Source: Mobula hypostoma (lineage: Eukaryota). From it: DNA of 64,000 nt. Where the stretch lies: contig NC_086097.1 of the NCBI RefSeq assembly GCF_963921235.1, positions 241,182,001-241,246,000 on the forward strand. Reading direction: 5' to 3'. Below the pieces are notes generated by a model, which worked only from the letters and a program-made list of their open reading frames with translations, was not told the origin of the DNA and did no database searches. This document shows, one piece after another, positions 11,893 through 23,821 of the stretch. The position numbers and the translations under genes were made by a program. Position 1 is the stretch's first letter, and each line of letters begins with the position of its first letter.

Positions 11893-14072
11893 ATGGAGGC
11901 TGAGGAAATTATAAAGGCGCTGACCTTGGAGGCATTAGAGGATGCCAGGAAAGCGGAATTGGTTGCTGTGGCCAAACGGTTGAATCTTGCTAAGGGGAAG
12001 TCGACAATGAGGAGAGAGGAGATACACAGAGCTATCGTAGAGCAGTATGTATCTAAAGGTGTGTTTCCCCAAGGCGAGCTGGAGGTGGTGTCTATTGAAA
12101 AACCTGCCGGAGACGCGGTACAGGTGCAGCTTGAAAAACTGAGACTCGAGCACGGGTTCCGGGTACAGCAGTTGGATCGAGAAGAGAAAGAGAGGGACAG
12201 ACAGTTGCAGCGAGAAGAGAAGGAGAGAGAGTTAGAAAGGCAAAAGAGAGAGAGAGACAGCTGGAGTGAGAGGAGAAACAGAGGGAAAGGGAATTTGAGC
12301 TGGAGAAGTTAAAGATAAGGGCAGAGCAGGGGCTCGTGCCGAACCAAGGTGGAGGGTTCCGGGCGACCCAGGAGGTTAGGCTGGTTCCCCCATTTGACGA
12401 TACCGACGTGGATCGGTACTTTCTCCATTTCGAAAAAGTGGCTACAAGTCAGGACTGGCCGAGGGATAAGTGGGTTGTTTTGCTTCAGAGTGTACTGAAA
12501 GGGAAAGCCCAACAAGCTTACTCAGCTTTGTCCGCGGAAGATGCCCAGAGGTATGAGGTGATGAAAGAGGCCATTCTCAGGATTTATGAATTGGTCCCGG
12601 AGGCATACCGGCAGAGGTTCCGGAATGCGAGGAAGCAGTGGGACCGCACGTATTTAGAGTTTGCCCGTGAGATGCAGACATATTGTGAGCGTTGGTGCGC
12701 CTCGAAGGGGGTAGAGGGGGATTATGACAGACTGCTACAGCTGATCCTGATTGAGCAGTTTAAAGGTTGTGTCCCTGAGGGTATGAGACCCTACCTAGAT
12801 GAGAAAGAGGCAGCCACGTTAGCCGCAACTGCTAAGTTAGCGGATGAGTATGCGTTGACGCATAGAATGAAGTTTACCCCGAGTAAAGGCTACCAGAAGG
12901 GTAGTCAGGACGGCGGGGAGAGTCCGCCAGAAAAGTCAGAAAGTAAGCCGGGAACTAGTGAGAAGGATAAGGTAGACCGGGAGCAGTCTGGTAGGAAGTC
13001 TCCTGGGGTCGTCTGTTATAATTGCAGGAAAGTCGGACACTTTGCGTCCAGGTGCTTTGCCCCAAAGAAGGAGACGGAAAAAGGAAAAACGGCGATTTTG
13101 ACTGGCTGTATCGAGCCGGTAAACGAACTGCTAGGGAAGGACAGGTCTGCCAAAGTTCAGGAAGGGCGCGAGAAGTTTATCTCGGCTGGATTGGTGTCAG
13201 TGAAGGAGGGGTTAAAACCAGTTCCAGTGCAGATCTGGAGAGACACGGGAGCGTGTCAGTCTCTAATACTGAAGAGTGTATTAGAGTTTAGCTCAGAGAC
13301 CCAGACTGGGGAGGTCAAGGTCAAAGGTATTGGGGAAGGGACAGAGTCAGTCCCTTTGCACCAGATACACTTACAAAGCAACCTGGTCTCTGGACTAGTC
13401 ACGATCGGGGTGAGGTCCGAATTACCGATGAAAGGCTTGGAAGTCTTGCTCGGTAATGACATCGCCGGAGGAATCGTGTTCCCAGTCGTGAGATTGACAG
13501 GTCAGCCTGCCAGCAGTGAGGCCCCGCCCATGGACTCACAGGTTCATCACGGGACTGCGGTAGTAAATTTAGCTGAGACGTTTCTGCCAGCCTTGTACGA
13601 GAAGGGGGTAGAAAGTGAAAAGAAGGAGTGTAGTGAGGGAGCTGGGACAGACGTAGCAATAGCCAGGAAAGAATTTGTGCAGACGCAGGAGCGAGACGAG
13701 GGGCTGATGGTTTTGGCAGAGACAGCTCTCTCTAACACAGACTTAACAAGGGCACTAGTAGTCTATTGTGTGGAGGAGGAAGTGCTAAGGAAGAAAGGGA
13801 AACCAAGTACTGTGCCCGCAGATGAGGAATGGGGGGTGGTGCAAAAGAGTTATGGGGATGAGGGTTTTAACCTGGCCCACAAGGTACCCCCCGGTGGACA
13901 TTTTGTGGTGAAAACAGTTGGTGGAATCATGAAAGAGGTTTACCGGCTGCACCGAAGGAAGGATGTTATTGATTATGGCCGACACGAACTGAGACGGTCA
14001 CAGGCTTTTGATATGCTAACAAATCTAGTCGGTGTTAGCGCGGAAATCAATGAAGCTAGGGTCCCCCGATAA
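11893..14072 (+). pseudogene. Gag (SCAN-like capsid, CCHC knuckle), protease and truncated integrase; frameshift near 12260-12310
   Basis: 'FLHFEKVA...WP...LVPEAYRQRFR...LILIEQF', 'CYNCRKVGHFASRC', 'RDTGACQSL...LLGND', 'LAHKVPPGGH'. Confidence 0.85.
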
Positions 14073-14310
14073 GAGAAAAAAACCATTTTGAAAAGATGAG
14101 TATGGTATCGACCAGATGGGAGAAGGCTATTGTTTTGGCCAGCTCTGCTGATAAGTTCTCTCCCTTAATCCCCGAACAAAGCGACTCTTTAGGAGAAGTA
14201 ACTAAATGACTCGCACACGTGTGTTTGATTGTCCCGAGGCGATGCAAAGAACTGGGACGTTGGGTGGTGTCTGTTATACTAGGCTAGCCTAGTAAACAAC
14301 ACCGTATAGA

Positions 14311-14825
14311 ATGAGTAATTCAGTGACTAAAGGGCTGACGAACTCAGAGGTGTGTATTGGTGATGTAATATGGCTGTCTGAAGCCAGCTTGATAGTGAAC
14401 CTTGAAAAAAATGAGCTCGGCCACACGAAGGTCACTTACCTGGGAATTGTGGTGACACAGGGGCAGCTGGCAGCGATGCAAGCTACAGTGCAGGCTATCG
14501 CTGACCTCCCAACCCCGACAGACAACAGGGCCCTCAGAAGGCTCTTGGAGATGGTGGGGTACTGTAGGAAGTTTTGCAATAACTCTGCGGTCACTACCCC
14601 TTCCCCTCCTACTAAGCCCTTGCGAGAGAAAACTAAGTTGGAATGGGACGACCCTTGTTATTGTGGTCCGGGACAAAACCAAATGAGAGGTTACGTTGGT
14701 CGCAATTCATCAGTGTTTTTGGCCACTATGAAGTTTGCTAAGTTGGAGCCTGGTCTAAGGGATTATTAATAACACATATAAAAGGAACAGAAAATGTGAT
14801 GGCTGACTGTCTGTCAAGGTGTTGA
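14311..14825 (+). pseudogene. RT C-terminus, connection and RNase H remnant of the Gypsy element
   Basis: 'LIVNLEK...VTYLG...LRRLLEMVGYCRKF'; 'HIKGTENVMADCLSR' in another frame at about 14775-14820; no YxDD. Confidence 0.8.
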
Positions 14826-14944
14826 CAACTTCAAATTCGCTGTATTAGCCAAATAGCTGATAAAGATGTATATTTGTGTGTATCAAATAATGTATTCATG
14901 TTTGTAATTTTTATCCCCAGTAAAAATCCTTAAAGGGGGGGAAG

Positions 14945-15820
14945 TGTGACAAGAATACACATAGATTAAGATGTAGCTGTCCTGTGCTGGCACCGGTGGG
15001 ATCAGCAGTTGGTCTGCCACCTGTCTTCAGGAGAGAGAGAGAGAGATGAGGAAAACAATGGAGCAGCACTTGGAGATGTGTAATGAAGGGACGGGAGAGA
15101 GAATAACAGAAGGAGAGAGCTGTCAAGAGCGACTCCCCCTTTGAACCCTGAACTGTTTGAAGTGATGGACAGGCGATACCCCAGCAGGGGGATAAAAAGG
15201 GACAGGTTCGCTAAGGCAGGACACACACGACACCCGAGGTAACAAGACCCTGGAAGCGGTGCGTCTCTCACAAGTCGGTGGGAAGTACCGGGCCATAAAC
15301 GCACAGGGTGGAAAGGCACGATCGGTGGGAACCTGGTGTGTGTCCACCCTTGCCTGGGTGCCAGGTTCACTGCAGGGAAACGATCGTATCTGGAAACAGA
15401 GGGGTCACGGTCGGTGACCTCAGATGACATCACAAAGGACTCGCCCGAAAGCTGACTGCGAAGGTCTGTCTGGAAACCTTGAATATTCATTCGTTTTGCT
15501 CTCTCTCTCCTTCCCCCCCACTGTCCATCGCCACGGCAGCGATTACTGCGAACTGAACTGAACTAAATTGAACTGAACTTTGCGTCACTTTGAAACTGGT
15601 CATTTACCCCTAGACAACGATAGAGCTTGATTGATCCTGTTATCTTAATTCTGTGTACATATGTGTTTATCATTGTTGAACTGATGCATTTATTATCCTT
15701 TTGATTAGAGTACTGTGTTGCTTGTTACTTTAATAAAACTTTCTTAGTTCTAGTAATCCAGACTCCAACTGAGTGATCCATTTCTGCTGGTTTGGCAACC
15801 CAGTTACGGGGTACGTAACA
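14945..15820 (+). repeat. 3' LTR preceded by a polypurine tract
   Basis: tgtgacaag...cgtaaca followed by GTTG; purine run (aaa, G-run, aag) at 14932-14944. Confidence 0.95.
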
Positions 15821-17024
15821 GTTGTAAAGAAAGCTCTTTGCACATTGGCCTTCATAAATCAAAATATTGAGTATAGGTGATGGGATGTTATGTTGGATTT
15901 GTATAAGATGTTGGTGAGGCCTAATTTGGAGTATTGTGTGCAGATTTGGTCATCTACCTACCGGAAAGATATAAATAAGGTTGAAAGAGTGCAGAGAAAA
16001 TATCCAAGGATGTTGTCGAGTTTGGAGGACCTGAGTTATCAGGAAAGATTGAATAGGTTAATCTCCTCCTAACATGAAAGATTAGGAGGAGATTTGAGAG
16101 GTATACAAAGTGGTGAGGGATATAGAAGGGGGTAAATGCAAGCAGGCTTTTTCCACTGAGGCTAGTGGGACTGCAACCAGAGGTCATAGGTTAAAGGTGA
16201 AAGCTAGAAAGTTTAAGGGGAACATGAGGGGAAACTGCTTCACTCAGAGGTTTGTGAGAGTGTGGAATGAACTGCCAGCACAAGAGGTGCATGCGAGCTC
16301 AATTGCAACATTTAAGCCAAGTTTGGATAGGTCCATGGTTAGTAGAGTATGGAGGTCTATGGTCCTGGTGCAGGTCAATGGGAGTAGGCAGCTGAAATGG
16401 TTTTGGCATGGACTAGATGGGCAGAAGGGCCTGTTTCTGTGCTGTACTTCTCTATGTCTCTATTTGTGTGTGTTCTGAAACTTTCAGCAACTTTTATGTC
16501 TTGCTCTGCTCTGCTGCCTCACAGTAATAAATTTCATCGCATATACCAGTGATAATAAACCTGATTCCAATTTCAATGTATCATTTTTAGTACGTAAGGA
16601 TTTTCAGGAAGTAATGCAGGAAGCATTAGTAATGGCACCAGGCCATGGCTTGCCACAATGTTCAAAATGTCCTGTCATTTGTCTCACCAAATCCAATAAA
16701 AGTCCATTCTCTCTGCTCAAATCCCATCGCAATTGATGGTGTTCAGTCAGTTTGCAGGATTTACGACCTTGTTTGGTCACAGCTATTTAAAACCAAAATT
16801 AATGGAGAGGATGATTTGGTAATGATGTGGTTCATGGCCAGCACACTACTATCAGCTCCAGAGGTCAATAAAACTTAAATTAAAGTGGTGGAACTTTACC
16901 TAGCAACCCGGAACTGGTGCTCAGAGTGTTTTAAATCTTTAATTTTTTATCAGTTTATTCACATCTAGAGCTTTGTTAGTGCCTGAAATCAATTGCTGTA
17001 AAAGAAATACATCCATGGAAACAA

Positions 17025-20000
17025 GGGCTGAAAAATGGCAGCTGGAATTTAGAGCAGACAAGTCTGAGGTGTTGTACTTTGGATGGACAAACCAGAGTAG
17101 GCCCTACACAGTGAATGATTAGGCACTGAGGAGTGAGGCAGAGCATAGAGATCTGGGACTACAGATCCATAATTCTTTGAAAGTGGTGTCACAAGTAAAT
17201 TGGAAAGAGAAAGAGAAATTTTGGCACATTGACATTCATAAATCAAAGTATTGAATTGGAATGTTATGTTGAAGTTGCATAAGATGTTGGTGAGGCCTAA
17301 TTTAAAGTACTTTGCGCAGTCCTGGTCTCCTATCTGCAGGGTAAGATACCAACCAGATCGATAGAGTGCAGCAAAAGTTTACAAGGATGTTGTTGTCACA
17401 ACCACGGATTCGGCAGCACAGTAGATACGGCAATTGCGCTCGTGAATGTGCATGTGTCAGCTAATCATTATTTCACTGTGATAGTATTTAACTCCATTCA
17501 TTCCGTTGTAGTATTTGTCAAGACTTGGACAGAGTTCAGCAACACTTCACTGCTTGTTTGCATTCGGCCTCGCTTGAGAAATTGGACTGTCGAGTCAACT
17601 GACTCTGAAGACTAGTGGTATTCATTTAATATTTATTTGTTCTTTTCAGCCGTAGTGTAGGCTTCATTTTCCATATGAGAGTTTTCGTTAATGGCCCTGT
17701 TTGGCCTAGCATTTATTGATTTCTCTCCCCTTTAACATTGTTCGCACTAAAGTCCATGAACTATCGACGCACTTCAGAGTCTCTCTGTCTCAACACTTGG
17801 GCCATGTCCGAACCTGGTGACAACAAGTCTCGACCACATAAAGATGGACCCAGCAGAAAGAGAGAGGCTGACCTTGGCCATGAGATTCATTGGTCAGAGT
17901 CATTCGTTAAGGCAACAATGTTCCGTTGGAATTCTTATGTATAAACTCTCGTTTCTGTCTTCATCATGACAGAAGGATCTTGCCAGGTACTGGACGCAGC
18001 AAAGTTTGAACAGCGACGTTTTGACATTGGTGGCTTGAGGAGAGGGTACTTTCTATTCTCAGTGCATGTCCTGACTTTACATTCCGAGAATCCTGAGTCT
18101 ACATACCGAGCTTCTCTAGTCTACGTTGAGTTTCTCTGGTATCTATTCAAAGCTTTTCAAGTCACAAGTACCCAGGTTCCCCGCTTTGTGGTCCCGTGAC
18201 TCAGGTGTGCATGACAAATGAGCACTTCAAACGAGCTTATCAATAGATTCAACAAATCATCATTCAAGTCAATAGCGTAAATTCTGGAAGAGCCGTACTC
18301 CAAAAGTTGATTCCTGGCTGGAGTGTGCACATACGCAAGTAAAGTAACCCTATCAAGAGTATTTTTAACTTCTTGATGAAAGTCATGGTACAGACTGGGA
18401 AAACTGAACTTTCATGCAGCAAATTAAACAGATCTACAGAGAACCAGCTAGCTTAGCTATGAAAGAAAGCTGTCTATGCTGTCTTGATCTGTAAAATTGA
18501 GAGTATATCCTAATTGCCCCTGGAAAAAATTGTGAAAGATAAACACTGTGAGCAAGATTTGGAAAGGTTCTTTCTCTAGGTTTTTCAAGTTTCATGTTTT
18601 CAAGGTTTCCCAAGGACTTTTCTCTATGTACCCAAGGTTTTTGTTTTTCCAATTGTTTCCAAGACTTATTCAATGTGCCTAGGGTTTCTCAATGTCCTCC
18701 CCAGCCTCCCTCTTAGCCCTACCTGAGGTTTCTTGATCTCAGTGTGTTGGGGTTCCCAGGTCTCTCAGTCTCTCTGGATCCCCGAGTCTCCCTGCCTCTC
18801 GAGTTCCCCAGGTCTCTCGAGTCATTCCTGTATCTCACGTTTTCAGGTCTTCCTGGGCCATCAGGTGCCAGCTGTAGGGAAGGGGTCCTGTAGTGACTTC
18901 TTCAGGCCTGCTTGCGCAGGGCATCAGAGAGCATAGAGCACCTGAATTGGTTAATAGTTGCTTAACAACAGTTATTAATGGCTTAAGAGTTCCTTGTGTT
19001 TTTTGAGCTACTAGCTCTTTGAAATGCAGTTTCCTGGTGCTTTCTGTTTAAATTTAAGTTTATTTTGATAGGCTCAGGGATTCTGTGTTAATTTTTATTG
19101 TTGAAGCAGATGCCTGATTAACTCCAATCGGAGGGTCCTCATTTTGAGAATGATCCGTCTCACGGTGTCACTTGGTCAAGCTACCTCTGTAAAAACTCTT
19201 GTCTGTCTCTACGTGGAAGCCTTTGGCTCCAATATTGGCAGTGCACACCATGGCACTTATCTACCAGCATCACTCATCCGGGACCGCCAGTGGACGCAGG
19301 TCTGTGGCGCCTCAGGGGCTGCACCTAGAGAGGGGGCCCTGCCACAACCACGGATTCGGCAGCACAGTAGATACGGCAATTGCGCTCATGAATATGCATG
19401 TGTCAGCTAATTATTATTTCATTGTGATAATATTTAACTCCATTCATTCCATTGTAGCATTTGTCGAGACTTGGACAAAGCACAGCAACGCTTTGCTGCC
19501 TGTTTGCATTTGGCCTTGCCTGAGAAATTGGACTGTCGAGTCAACTGACTCTGAAGACTAGCGGTATTCGTTTAATAGTTAGTTGTCCTTTTCATCTGCA
19601 GTGTAGGCTTCGTTTTCCATTTGAGAGTTTTCGTTAACGGCCCTGTTTGGCCTAGCATTTATTGATTTCTCTCCCCTTTAACATTGTTCGCACTAAAGTC
19701 CATGAACTATCGACGCACTTCAGAGTCTCTTGCTCTGCACTTGGGCCATATCCGAACCTGGTGACAGTTGCCAGGACTTGAGGACCTGAGCTCTAGGGAA
19801 TATTGAATAGGTTTATTCTCTGGAACATAGGAGAATGAGGGGAGATCTGAGAGAGGTATATAAAACATTGAAGGGAGTAGGTAGGGTAAATGCAAGCAAG
19901 CTTCTTCCTCTGATGGATGGAGGGCTAAGGTCCATGTGCAGGTCGATGGGACTGGGCAGAATAACAGTCTGGCATGGACTGGATGGGCAGAAGGTCCTAT

Positions 20001-20030
20001 CCTGGTGTTGTAGTGCTCTTTGACTCTGTA
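17025..20030 (+). mobile_element. CR1 3' fragment split by the LTR element at 17394-19766
   Basis: Host reads 'acaaggatgttg|ccaggacttgaggacctgag' across the insertion. Confidence 0.8.
17394..19766 (+). mobile_element. Non-autonomous sushi/chromovirus-like Gypsy LTR element, 2.4 kb
   Basis: LTRs 17394-17822 and 19340-19766 (tgtcac/tgccac...gtgaca), 5-bp TSD gttgt/gttgc, PPT agagaggggg; 'MDPAE' start; 3' 'VSTWKP' and 'SLIRD...GASGAAPREG' remnants. Confidence 0.85.
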
Positions 20031-20474
20031 ACTCTGATTTTCAGTGCCCTTGCCCATTTCTACGAGCAATGAGGAGGAATGCCTTGCAATGTCCTGTCCT
20101 CTTTTCCTGTTGATTTTAGACAACCTAGTCGAGGTACTGGTTGTAGAAGGCATAGACTGAATAATCTCACCGTTTTACCCCACAGAAAAGATACAGTGAC
20201 AGATGTCATTTAAATAATGGTGCATGTGCAGTCAGTGCATCAGAACACAGTGGTCACCACGCCAAAAATCGGGAGTTCCTCTTCGCAGCACCTCACCACT
20301 AGTAATGCAACTGACCACCACAGTCCTTCCAGCCAGGGCCTGCAGTGGCAGCCAAGGAGCTAAGTGGGACCCATGTTCTGCCTCGAACCTTATTAAATAC
20401 AGCATGTCCTGGGTGTCAGGATCTCTGAGGACCTAACCTGGTTCCAACATATTGATACAGTTATAAAGAGGGGA

Positions 20475-21040
20475 AGACAGCAACTATACTTCATTAGGAG
20501 TTTGAAGAGATTTGGTCTGTTAACAAATACACACAAAACCTTCTATAGATGTACTGTGGAGATCATTCTGACAGGCTGCATCACTGTCTGGTATGGGGGA
20601 TCAGGGAGGGCTACTGCACAGGACTGAAATAAGCTGCAGAGGGTTGTAAATTTAGTCAGCTCCATCTTGGGTACTAGCCTACAAAGTACCCAGGACATCT
20701 TCAAGGAGCGGTGTCTTAGAAAGGCAGCATCCATTATTAAGGACCTCCAGCACCCAGGATATGCCCTTCTCTCACTGTTACCATCGGGCAGGAGATACAG
20801 AAGCCTGAAGGCTCACACTCAGCGATTCAGGAGCAGCTTCCGATTCCTAAATGGACATTGAACCCTTAGACAATACCTCACTTGGTTAATATATATTATC
20901 TCTGATTCTTGCATGATTTTCAATCTATTCAATATTTACTTATTTTTTTTTTCTTCTATATTATGTATTGCATTGAACTGCTGCTGCTAAGTTAACAAAT
21001 TTCACGACACATGCTGGGATAATAAACCTAATTCTGATTC
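20475..21040 (+). mobile_element. Rex1/Babar LINE 3' end
   Basis: ORF 20667 'ERCLRKAASIIKDLQHPGYALLSLLPSGRRYRSLKAHTQRFRSSF'; 'aataaacctaattctgattct' tail. Confidence 0.85.
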
Positions 21041-21264
21041 TCCCACATAGCAGAGAGAAGCCCAACAGCATCCTCCGGTCTACTGACCTCTTGAAGACAT
21101 AGCACGGGCTCTTAGATGCTGCCAAGGGCACACGAAGCACAAAAGGTCAGACATAGAAGGATAATGAAATGCTAGGCTATATTACCAGGGGTATGGTGTA
21201 TAAACTAGCAAGTATTTGATGCAGCTTCATGGGGGTGTGACCACATTTGGAGTGCCATCTAGGC

Positions 21265-22335
21265 CATGCTTTCTTCTCGCTACTACCACTGGGTGCAGGT
21301 ACAGGAGCCTTACCGGGATCCCACACCACCAGGTTCAGGAGCAGTTATTACCCTTCAACCATCGGACCTCCCTCTCAGCAGGGATAATTTCACTCACCTC
21401 GACTCTAAACTGATTCTACGAACTATGGACTTGCCTTCAAGGTCTCTACAACTCATATTCTCAGTGTTACTTATTTATGTTTTTTATTTGCACAGCTTGT
21501 CTTCTTGCTTGCACGTTGGTTGTTTGTCAGTCATTGTTTATGTATAGTTTTCATAAATTCTATTGTATTTATTTTTACAGTAAATGCCCGCAAGAAAATG
21601 AATCTCAGGGTTGTTCGGAGGGAGGAGAAGATGGCGGCGCGACGCAGCGCGCGCGGCCGTTCCGAATGAATATCGATTATGTGTAACTAGGGGCTGTGCA
21701 CAATCCGGATTTGATGGAGACAGCCGTGAGAAGCACAGAGGAGCATCTGGAGTAACTTCTGAAATGCCTGCTTCACAGCCGCTGCTACTGTGCGATCGAG
21801 AATCTCCAGAGACGAAGGCCCCAAATCCTTGGCTTTGCATATCACCTGTTGCCGGGGCCGGGGTCGAAGCGCTTGGCAGAAATGGTGCTCGGTGCTCGGT
21901 GCTCGGTGTCGAAGAGGTGGGTCGGAGGGTCGGAGACTCGGAGTTTTTCGGACGGACTCGGAGTTGGACTGTGGTCGGATGCTTCCAGGATGCTGCATCG
22001 GCAAGTTGGCGGCGCTGGAGGTTCATCGTCTGCGTGAGATGATGGGACTTTCAAGAGATTTTGAGACTTTTACTGTGCCATGGTCTGTTCTTATCAAATT
22101 ACGGTATTGCTTTGCACTGTTGTAACTATATGTTATAGTTATGTGGTTTTTGTTAGTTTTTAAGTTGGTTTGTCATGTGTTTTCATGATATCATTCTGGA
22201 AAAACATTTTATCATTTCTTACTGCATGCATTACTAAATGACAATAAAAGGGGACTGCGTGTCCTCATAATCATAAATACATAAATATATGGTGATATAT
22301 ACGTACTTTGATAATAAATTGACTTTGAATTTGAC
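21265..22335 (+). mobile_element. Rex1 3' end with a family-B retroposon inserted in its tail
   Basis: Host 'aatctcagggttgt|atatggtgatatatacgtactttgataataaa' is interrupted. Confidence 0.7.
21616..22280 (+). mobile_element. Non-coding CpG-rich retroposon, family B, copy 2
   Basis: Same 5' 'gaggagaagatggcggcgcgacgcagc' and 3' 'aaatgacaataaaaggggactgcgtgtcctcataatc' as copy 1. Confidence 0.8.
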
Positions 22336-22524
22336 TTTTATTTCCATTTTTTCATTAAGGATGACTTTGCTCTGGACATAATGCGGGGAAGGTTGACCGA
22401 GTCGCTTCCTGGTATATACGGGTGAATATATGAAGAAAAGCTTAGCAGATTGGATCTGGTCACATTGGAGTATTGTAGGAAGAACAAAACCCAATGGAGA
22501 AAACTGCACATAACCTCATCAGGA

Positions 22525-23115
22525 AAGTTAAAGTTTATTGTTATTTGACTGTACATGTATACAACCAAACGAAACAATGTTCCTCTGGAACAGGGTGCAA
22601 CCACAAAGCATACTGTATATCACACACAGCACATGAACCCAAATATTACCATAAATAAGTTATTAAAATATATTTCAAAATACATGTGGTGTGCAGCACA
22701 GGTAAACAGTACAGTGAACAGCTTAAAGCTCACAGTCCCAGTGACGAGACCTCAGTAGTGGCAGGGTATTCATTAGTCTTACAAGCTGGGGGAAGAAGCT
22801 GTTCGTCCCAGTCCTGATTCTTCTGTACCTCCTTCCTGAGGTAGTAGGTCAAAAAGATTGTGGGATAGGTGGTAAGGATCCTTCGCAATGCTTCCGGCCC
22901 TTGGCTGCAGCACTCGATAAATATCACAAATAGGGGCGAGGGCGAGGGGGAGGAGAGCCTCTCAGCGGTTTTTCTATCCTCTGTAGGGTCTTGCGTCTTG
23001 CTGTCTGCTGGCTCTCAGTTTCTGGACCACACAATGATGCAGACAGACAGGACACTCTCGATGGTGCTCCTGTAGAAAGTTGTCGGAAAGGAGACGGGGA
23101 GATTTGCATGCCTCA
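22525..23115 (-). mobile_element. Rex1/Babar-like 3' fragment
   Basis: 'gactgggacgaacagcttcttccccc' and 'aacaataaacttta' tail on the minus strand. Confidence 0.6.
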
Positions 23116-23489
23116 ATCTGCCAGACTCAATATGACATATGCAAAGCATTAGAGAATTTACAACATCTGTGGGGAATGCCTTTGGTTAACCCATCATCAG
23201 GGCACATGACATTAACATATTATAGAATGGTTGACATTCCAGTAAATCATACTGTTAACTGATTAATGTGAGCTAGGACTGAAAAGCCCAGAAATTTGCC
23301 AAATACCAGAAAAAGTAGACAGAATTCACAATAATGAGCCATTGAGAATTTTACTCAGATTGATGGGAGATTTAATACCAGTTGTTAAAATAATTTGGTT
23401 GCTTGGGTCTGAGGTTTTCATTTGTCATAACATTGTTGTTCTGGCCTCCAGCTCATCCAAGTGAGGTCAACAACAGTGCATTGGCAAAG

Positions 23490-23810
23490 TTTAGCATAAT
23501 GGTTAGTGTAACGCTCTACACCGCCAGCGACTGGATGACTGGGGTTGAATTCCCACCTCTGTCTGTCAGGATTTTGTATGTTCTCGCCGTATTCGTCTGG
23601 GTTTCCTCCACGTGCACCGGTTTCCTCCCACAGTTGAAAGGATATACAGGTGAGGGTGAATAAGTTAGGGGCATGCTCTGTTGACATGGTGATACTTGTG
23701 GGCTGCTCCCAGCATATCCTCAAACTGTGTTGGTCGTTGATGCAAACGATGCATTTCACTGTATGTTTTGATGTTTCAACGTGCATGTGACAAATAGCAC
23801 TGATACTAAA
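23490..23810 (+). mobile_element. V-domain (HE1-like) SINE
   Basis: tRNA-like head, then 'gggtttcctcc..gtgc.ccggtttcctcccaca' core; related copies near 28255, 29880, 30340 (-), 43985 and 49300. Confidence 0.65.
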
Positions 23811-23821
23811 ATCTTTAAATC

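Larger units (their letters stand above)
10921..15820 (+). mobile_element. Complete Ty3/Gypsy Gmr1-like LTR retrotransposon with internally deleted pol
   Basis: Two ~875-bp TG...CA LTRs, 4-bp TSD GTTG, PBS, PPT, SCAN-gag, zinc knuckle and protease; IN remnant lies upstream of the RT/RNase H remnant. Confidence 0.93.
9325..16460 (+). mobile_element. Degenerate CR1 LINE split by the LTR element at 10921-15820
   Basis: 'SGDHSAISF...VDWDRLF' and RT remnants; host reads 'aatagggttg|taaagaaagc' across the insertion; C-terminal ORFs 15890 and 16110. Confidence 0.85.

Noticed and set aside
12336..14072. Host SCAN zinc-finger gene or domesticated gag
   Set aside because: Lies between two LTRs with TSD, PBS and PPT; has a CCHC knuckle and protease, no C2H2 fingers
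21538..22125. Overlapping 100-160 aa ORFs (also 8605-9329, 11095-11577, 15002-15490)
   Set aside because: By-products of GC-rich repeats and LTRs; no recognisable domains, and family B frames are not conserved between copies
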